A stretch of DNA of 64,000 nucleotides from Burkholderiales bacterium (lineage in GTDB: Bacteria > Pseudomonadota > Gammaproteobacteria > Burkholderiales > Casimicrobiaceae), in the NCBI GenBank assembly GCA_020852555.1, contig JADZAQ010000200.1:3929-67928 (forward strand), read 5' to 3'. Positions 58,965-64,000 of the stretch are shown piece after piece. Within the stretch, counting starts at the first letter, position 1. Every line of letters starts with the position of its first letter. The position numbers were made by a program, and so were the translations under genes. A model generated the notes under the pieces. That model saw only the letters and a list, made by a program, of their open reading frames with translations. It was not told where the DNA came from and ran no database searches.

Positions 58965-61301
58965 CTAGTCGCCGGCGCGGAAACCGGCGGTCTCGCACAC
59001 TCGCACGAGATCGGCCAGCGAGCGCACCTGCATCTTGGACATGACCCGCCCCCGATGCTGCTTCACGGTCGCCTCGCTGATGGCAAGCTCCGCGGCGATC
59101 TGCTTGTTGAGGCGGCCCGCCACCACGAGGCGCATCACCGCGCGCTCGCGAGGGGTGAGTCGAACCACGCGGCGACCCAGTTCCTCACGCTCGCGAGCGT
59201 GCTGCAAATGCTCATCGTGGAGATCCACCGCCTGACGCACGGCGGCGACGAGGGCCCGCTCGTCCACCGGCTTCGTGAGGTACTCCACCGCGCCGCGCTT
59301 CATCGCATCGACGCCGGTGTCGGCGTCCGCCCGGGCGCTCAGGAATATCGTCGGGGCGGTGACGCCGGTGCGTACGAGCTCGCGGTGGAGCTCGAGCCCG
59401 GACATGTCCGGCATCTGGACATCGAGGATCACGCAGTGCGCAGCGCGCAATGCGTCACTGTCGAGTGCGGCCGGCGCCGAAGCGAAGGTCGCGACGTCCC
59501 ATCCGGCAGCCGTCAGGAGACGGGCAATCCCTTCGCGGCTTGCCGTGTCGTCATCGACGATGCAGACCCGCGCCTCGCCGTGTGGGCGCGTCGTCACCTC
59601 GGGGCGGGTGGCCGAGAGTCTCCTCGGCGCAGGACGAGCGACCCGCGTCCCCGGCAAGTGCACGGTGAACGCTGCCCCACCCCGTGCACGGTTGCTCACC
59701 CGGATTTCGCCGCCGTGCGCCTCGACGATCGAGCGCGCGATCGGCAATCCCATGCCGAGCCCATCCTGGCGCGTCGTGTAGAACGGCTCGAAGACGCGCG
59801 CAAGCGGGTCGGCCACGATGCCGTACCCACTGTCGCGAACGACGACGACCGCGCGCTGCTGGCGTCGGGACAGCGAAAATTCGAGATGTCTCGCGCCGGC
59901 GGGGACGCGTTCGAGCGCGGCGATGGCGTTGGCGATCAGGTTCACGAAGATCTGCTGCACCTGAGTGCGATCGCCGAACACGATCGAGGTCGGCGCGAGA
60001 CGTGCATCGACCGATACCTCGTGTGCGTCGAGTTCGCTGCGAAACAGCGCCAGCACGTCTTCCAGTGCCTCGGCGAGGTCGAAGTGCGACCGTGGCGTCT
60101 CCTCACGGCGCAGCAGCGCGCGCAGGTTGGCGATGACGCCGGCGGCACGCTTGTCGTCGCGCACGATGGCTTCGAGGATTTGTCGCGCTTCGTCGTGATC
60201 GAGTGCTCCGCCTTCGAGCTTCTGCAGGGCGGCCTGCGCGTTGGCCAGAATCCCGGTGAGCGGCTGGTTGAGCTCGTGCGAGAGCGATGCGGTCAGCGTG
60301 CCCAAATGCGCGACACGATCGGCATGACGCAGCTGGGCGCGTAGCTGCTGGGCTTCTTGCTCGGCCGCGCGCAGATCCGATACGTCGAGGATCGTCACCA
60401 CCGTACGAAGCGGCGTTCCAGCCGGGGTGAGCGTCGACTGCATGCTGCTGCGGATCGTTCGGATCACCTTGTCGCTACGAACGATCCGGTACTCGAGATC
60501 GAGGGTCTTCCCCGGCGCCGCGAGGCTCTCGGCGAGGGCATCGTGCACCCTGGCGCGATCGTGCGCATGGACATGCACGAGCACATCGCGCGCGGTCCCG
60601 CCGAGTTCCGCGCCGAAGATGCGGCTCGCCACGTCCGAGCCGGTCACCGTGTCGTCGCGCCAGTCGCACACGAAGGTCCCCACGCCGGCCACGCGTCGCG
60701 CTTCGGCAAGGTTCTGCAAGCTGCCTTGCAGCGCCAGCTCTGCATGGTGCCGGGTGAGCACGGCGAGGAACGTCTCGGCGATGGTCTTCAGCATCGACAG
60801 GACCGGCTCCGGCCAATCCATGATCGCCCGGCGGCTCGTCAGGCACAGCACGTGCGTCACCCGGCCGGCGATGCCGACGGGAATGGAGACCAGGCAGTTG
60901 AGGCCCATGGCCGCGCACGATGCGCGGTCCACCGCGGCGTCGGCGGGCAGATCGTCGATCGATCGCTGCACGAACGACTCGCCCCGAATCACCGTCTTCT
61001 CGTGGGTCCACGGGCATACCGAGCCGTATTCCAGCGTCGTGGCGGCGGGGAGGAAATCCGGCACGTGCGCCACGTGGCGCAGCCGCGCTTGCCGGATGTC
61101 CGCCTGCACCTCGAGGACGCCGCACTGGTCGACGTGGAAGAAGGCGAGGAGCTCGCGCAGACCACCCTCGACCTCGCGATCGACGGCATCGCCCGAGGCG
61201 GCGGCGAGCCGAGCCGAGAGCGACGAGATGAGCGCCGCGAAGGCATACGCGTCAGGTGCGCGTGGCCCGCGGCGCGGGTCCGACACGTGAGGTGACCGCA
61301 T
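58965..61301 (-). CDS. Hybrid GAF-PAS-histidine kinase fused to FixJ-like REC-LuxR HTH
   Basis: SHELNQP, NLIANA, DSGYG, GMGL; VDDD, LDVQMP, LTKP; LTPRE..NKQIA.EL..SE.TVK.HR. Confidence 0.85.
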   Translation of the reverse strand: MRSPHVSDPRRGPRAPDAYAFAALISSLSARLAAASGDAVDREVEGGLRELLAFFHVDQCGVLEVQADIRQARLRHVAHVPDFLPAATTLEYGSVCPWTHEKTVIRGESFVQRSIDDLPADAAVDRASCAAMGLNCLVSIPVGIAGRVTHVLCLTSRRAIMDWPEPVLSMLKTIAETFLAVLTRHHAELALQGSLQNLAEARRVAGVGTFVCDWRDDTVTGSDVASRIFGAELGGTARDVLVHVHAHDRARVHDALAESLAAPGKTLDLEYRIVRSDKVIRTIRSSMQSTLTPAGTPLRTVVTILDVSDLRAAEQEAQQLRAQLRHADRVAHLGTLTASLSHELNQPLTGILANAQAALQKLEGGALDHDEARQILEAIVRDDKRAAGVIANLRALLRREETPRSHFDLAEALEDVLALFRSELDAHEVSVDARLAPTSIVFGDRTQVQQIFVNLIANAIAALERVPAGARHLEFSLSRRQQRAVVVVRDSGYGIVADPLARVFEPFYTTRQDGLGMGLPIARSIVEAHGGEIRVSNRARGGAAFTVHLPGTRVARPAPRRLSATRPEVTTRPHGEARVCIVDDDTASREGIARLLTAAGWDVATFASAPAALDSDALRAAHCVILDVQMPDMSGLELHRELVRTGVTAPTIFLSARADADTGVDAMKRGAVEYLTKPVDERALVAAVRQAVDLHDEHLQHAREREELGRRVVRLTPRERAVMRLVVAGRLNKQIAAELAISEATVKQHRGRVMSKMQVRSLADLVRVCETAGFRAGD

Positions 61302-61420
61302 GGCGAGTGCAGCGTCTTGGGGATCTGGAAGCGCGGATGCCCGGCGTGACCGTGCCGAGGGATCGGATTCTAAAGGGCGCTCGGGGCACCGGTCGGATCA
61401 ACGGGTCGGCATCTCACCTC

Positions 61421-61466
61421 TTGACGTCAGAAGTAAATCAAACGTACGATTGAAACCTGCGTTTGA
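61421..61466 (+). promoter_or_regulatory. Promoter (TTGACG-18-TACGAT) overlapped by two PsrA-type operator palindromes
   Basis: TCAAAC-N4-GATTGA (61438-61453) and TGAAAC-N4-GTTTGA (61451-61466). Confidence 0.7.
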
Positions 61467-61527
61467 TCGAAATGAGTGGACCCGCCCCGCGACCGTCCCC
61501 ATCAGCCCATCGCCGCCACGATCCGAC

Positions 61528-62247
61528 ATGCCCATCGCAACCACCAGCGTCGCCAACCGTCAGCAGGCGGCCACCAAGGACCGCATCCTCGACGCGGCCG
61601 AGGCGCTCTTCATGGAGCACGGCTTCGAGGCGACGAGCCTGCGCCTCATCACGCAGGCGGCGGGCGTGAATCTCGCGGCGGTCAACTATCACTTCGGCAG
61701 CAAGGAAGAGCTCTTCGAGGCGGTGCTCACCCGCCGCCTCGATCCCATGAACCAGCAGCGCCTCGCCCGCCTCGATCGCTGCGAGGCAGCCGCGGCGCGC
61801 GGTCCGTTGAGCTGCGAGCGGATCCTGGCGGCGCTGCTCATTCCCGCGCTCGAGCTCGCCCGCGATCCGGAGCGCGGCGGCGCCGACTTCCTGCGGCTCA
61901 TTGGCCGCGCGTACGCCGATCCGGCACCGTTCATCCGCCAGTTCCTGTCGGCGCAGTACGCACCGATGATCGCGCGTTTCAAGGAGGCCTTCGCACGCGC
62001 CCTGCCGCACCTGCCGCGCCGCGAACTGTCGTGGCGCCTGCACTTCATCATGGGTGCGCTGTCGTACACCCTGGCGGGGACCGATGCGCTGCGCATCATC
62101 GCCGAGCTGAATCCCGTCGAGACCGACAACGACGAACTGCTGCTGCGCCGGCTCGCGCCGTTCCTCCTGGCAGGGCTGACCGCACCGCTGCCCGAACTGA
62201 GCGAGGTGACGCGCGAGCTCGACGCGGCCTTGCCCCCTGCTGCCTGA
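61528..62247 (+). CDS. psrA: TetR-family fatty-acid degradation regulator (PsrA-like)
   Basis: TKDRILDAAE, VNLAAVNYHFGSK, WRLHF..G; upstream of fadE. Confidence 0.8.
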   Translation: MPIATTSVANRQQAATKDRILDAAEALFMEHGFEATSLRLITQAAGVNLAAVNYHFGSKEELFEAVLTRRLDPMNQQRLARLDRCEAAAARGPLSCERILAALLIPALELARDPERGGADFLRLIGRAYADPAPFIRQFLSAQYAPMIARFKEAFARALPHLPRRELSWRLHFIMGALSYTLAGTDALRIIAELNPVETDNDELLLRRLAPFLLAGLTAPLPELSEVTRELDAALPPAA

Positions 62248-62270
62248 CCCCATCCTCCGGAGCACGCGCC

Positions 62271-64000
62271 ATGCCGACCTCCCTCTTCGTACTCGCCGTC
62301 GCACTCGTCGCGCTGGGCCTCGCCTACCGCAACGCCTCGGGCCTCGCCTGGATCGTGGCGGCCGCGCTCGCGCTGGTCGTCGCCGGGGCCACCCATGCGC
62401 TTCCCTATGCGCTCACGCTGGCTGTCGCCCTCGTCGGCGTGATCGTCGGGCTTCCGCTTGCCATCCCGACCCTGCGCCGCTCGCTGATCAGCGACGGCGT
62501 CCTGCGCCTGTACCGGCGGATCATGCCGCCGATGTCGCAGACCGAGCGCGAAGCGCTCGAAGCCGGCACGGTCTGGTGGGACGGCGAACTTTTCTCCGGC
62601 CGGCCCGACTGGCAACGCCTGCTCGCCACGCGCGAGACCGCGCTCACGCCCGAGGAGCGGAGCTTCCTCGCCAACGAGACCGAGACGCTGTGCGCGATGG
62701 TGAGCGACTGGGAGACGACCAATGTCTACAAGGACCTGCCTCCCGCCGCGTGGGACTACATCAAAGAAAAGGGCTTCTTCGGGATGATCATCCCGAAGGA
62801 GTACGGCGGGCTGGGCTTCTCCGCGTACGCGCACGCCGAAGTGATCACCAAGCTCTCCACGCGCTCGGGGACTGCGGCGGTGACGGTGATGGTGCCCAAT
62901 TCGCTCGGCCCGGGCGAGCTCCTCCTGCACTACGGCACCGACCAGCAGAAGCGTTACTACCTCCCGCGGCTGGCCAAAGGCATCGAGGTGCCGTGCTTCG
63001 CGCTGACCAATCCGTATGCGGGATCGGATGCCGCGGCGATTCCCGACCACGCCTTCGTGCGCTGGGGCGAGCACGACGGCAAGCGCGTGCTCGGGCTTTG
63101 CGTTACCTGGGACAAGCGCTACATCACGCTGGGGCCGGTCGCGACGCTCCTGGGCTTGGCCTTCCGCGTCTACGATCCGGAGCACCTGCTAGGCGAGGTC
63201 GACGACCTCGGCATCACCTGCGCGCTGATCCCGGCGACGCATCCGGGGGTGGTGATCGGCCGGCGCCACATGCCGCTCAACGCGGTGTTCCAGAACGGAC
63301 CGAATTCGGGCCGCGACGTGTTCATTCCGATGGAATGGGTGATCGGCGGCCAGCCGATGATCGGCAAGGGCTGGCGGATGCTGATGGAGTGTCTGGCGGC
63401 CGGGCGCGGCATCTCGCTGCCGTCGTCGAACACCGGGCTCGCCATGCTCACCGCGCGCAGCGTCGGTGCGTACGCACGCGTGCGTACGCAGTTTCGCCTG
63501 CCGATCGGCAAGTTCGAGGGGATCGAGGAACCGCTCGCGCGCATCGGCGGCAACCTCTACGTCATGGATGCGGCGCGGCGCCTCACTGCCACCGCGCTCG
63601 ACCTGGGTGAGAAACCGGGGGTGCTCTCGGCGATCGCCAAATATCACATCACGGAGCGCGCGCGGCGGATCATCAACGACGGGATGGACGTGATCGGCGG
63701 CAAGGGCATCTGCATGGGTCCGTCGAATTTCCTCGGTGGCGCATACATGCAGCATCCGGTGGCGATCACCGTCGAGGGCGCCAACATCCTCACCCGCAGC
63801 CTCATCATCTTCGGACAGGGAGCGATCCGCTGTCATCCATACCTGCTGCGCGAGATGAACGCGACGCAGGAGGCCGATCACGCGAAGGCGTCCGTCGACT
63901 TCGACCGCGCCCTGTTCGGCCACTTGCGCTTCGCGCTGTCGAACTTCGTTCGCACGCTGGTGATGGGGCTCACCGGCACGCGGTTGGTGCGCGCGCCGCG
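62271..64000 (+). CDS. fadE: Acyl-CoA dehydrogenase FadE (runs off the window end; absent from the ORF track)
   Basis: Read manually: N-terminal TM, MSQTEREALEAGTVWWDGELFSG, VPNSLGPGELL, CFALT, ITVEGANILTR. Confidence 0.92.
   Translation, partial: MPTSLFVLAVALVALGLAYRNASGLAWIVAAALALVVAGATHALPYALTLAVALVGVIVGLPLAIPTLRRSLISDGVLRLYRRIMPPMSQTEREALEAGTVWWDGELFSGRPDWQRLLATRETALTPEERSFLANETETLCAMVSDWETTNVYKDLPPAAWDYIKEKGFFGMIIPKEYGGLGFSAYAHAEVITKLSTRSGTAAVTVMVPNSLGPGELLLHYGTDQQKRYYLPRLAKGIEVPCFALTNPYAGSDAAAIPDHAFVRWGEHDGKRVLGLCVTWDKRYITLGPVATLLGLAFRVYDPEHLLGEVDDLGITCALIPATHPGVVIGRRHMPLNAVFQNGPNSGRDVFIPMEWVIGGQPMIGKGWRMLMECLAAGRGISLPSSNTGLAMLTARSVGAYARVRTQFRLPIGKFEGIEEPLARIGGNLYVMDAARRLTATALDLGEKPGVLSAIAKYHITERARRIINDGMDVIGGKGICMGPSNFLGGAYMQHPVAITVEGANILTRSLIIFGQGAIRCHPYLLREMNATQEADHAKASVDFDRALFGHLRFALSNFVRTLVMGLTGTRLVRAP

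Overview
High-GC bacterial chromosome segment. Gene content and order suggest a Betaproteobacteria/Burkholderiales-like organism (inference). The housekeeping backbone is cfa, ybeD-lipB-lipA, mltA-apaG-rpe, trpEGDC with a Trp-rich leader peptide, a Ugp-like ABC transporter, a methyltransferase/glycosyltransferase block, trmB, thiS-thiG, panE, an lhgO-like gene, rbsK and psrA-fadE. Three accessory regions stand out. (1) A solo integron-type cassette carries hicBA with a clear attC but no integrase (14.7-15.3 kb). (2) A ~6 kb decayed defence island lies at the 3' end of a tRNA(CAT) (30.2-36.3 kb): type I R-M remnants (hsdM 5', hsdR 3') enclose an opposite-strand type I-C CRISPR-Cas locus with intact cas4-cas1-cas2, a 3-repeat array, an embedded DUF433/DUF5615 TA pair and an in-frame Cas3(HD+Walker A)-Cas7(C-term) fusion. 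(3) A wax-ester/lipid-granule cluster has phasin-like genes but no PHA synthase (41.3-54.1 kb). All calls come from motif recognition by eye; no database searches were run, and start codons are best estimates.
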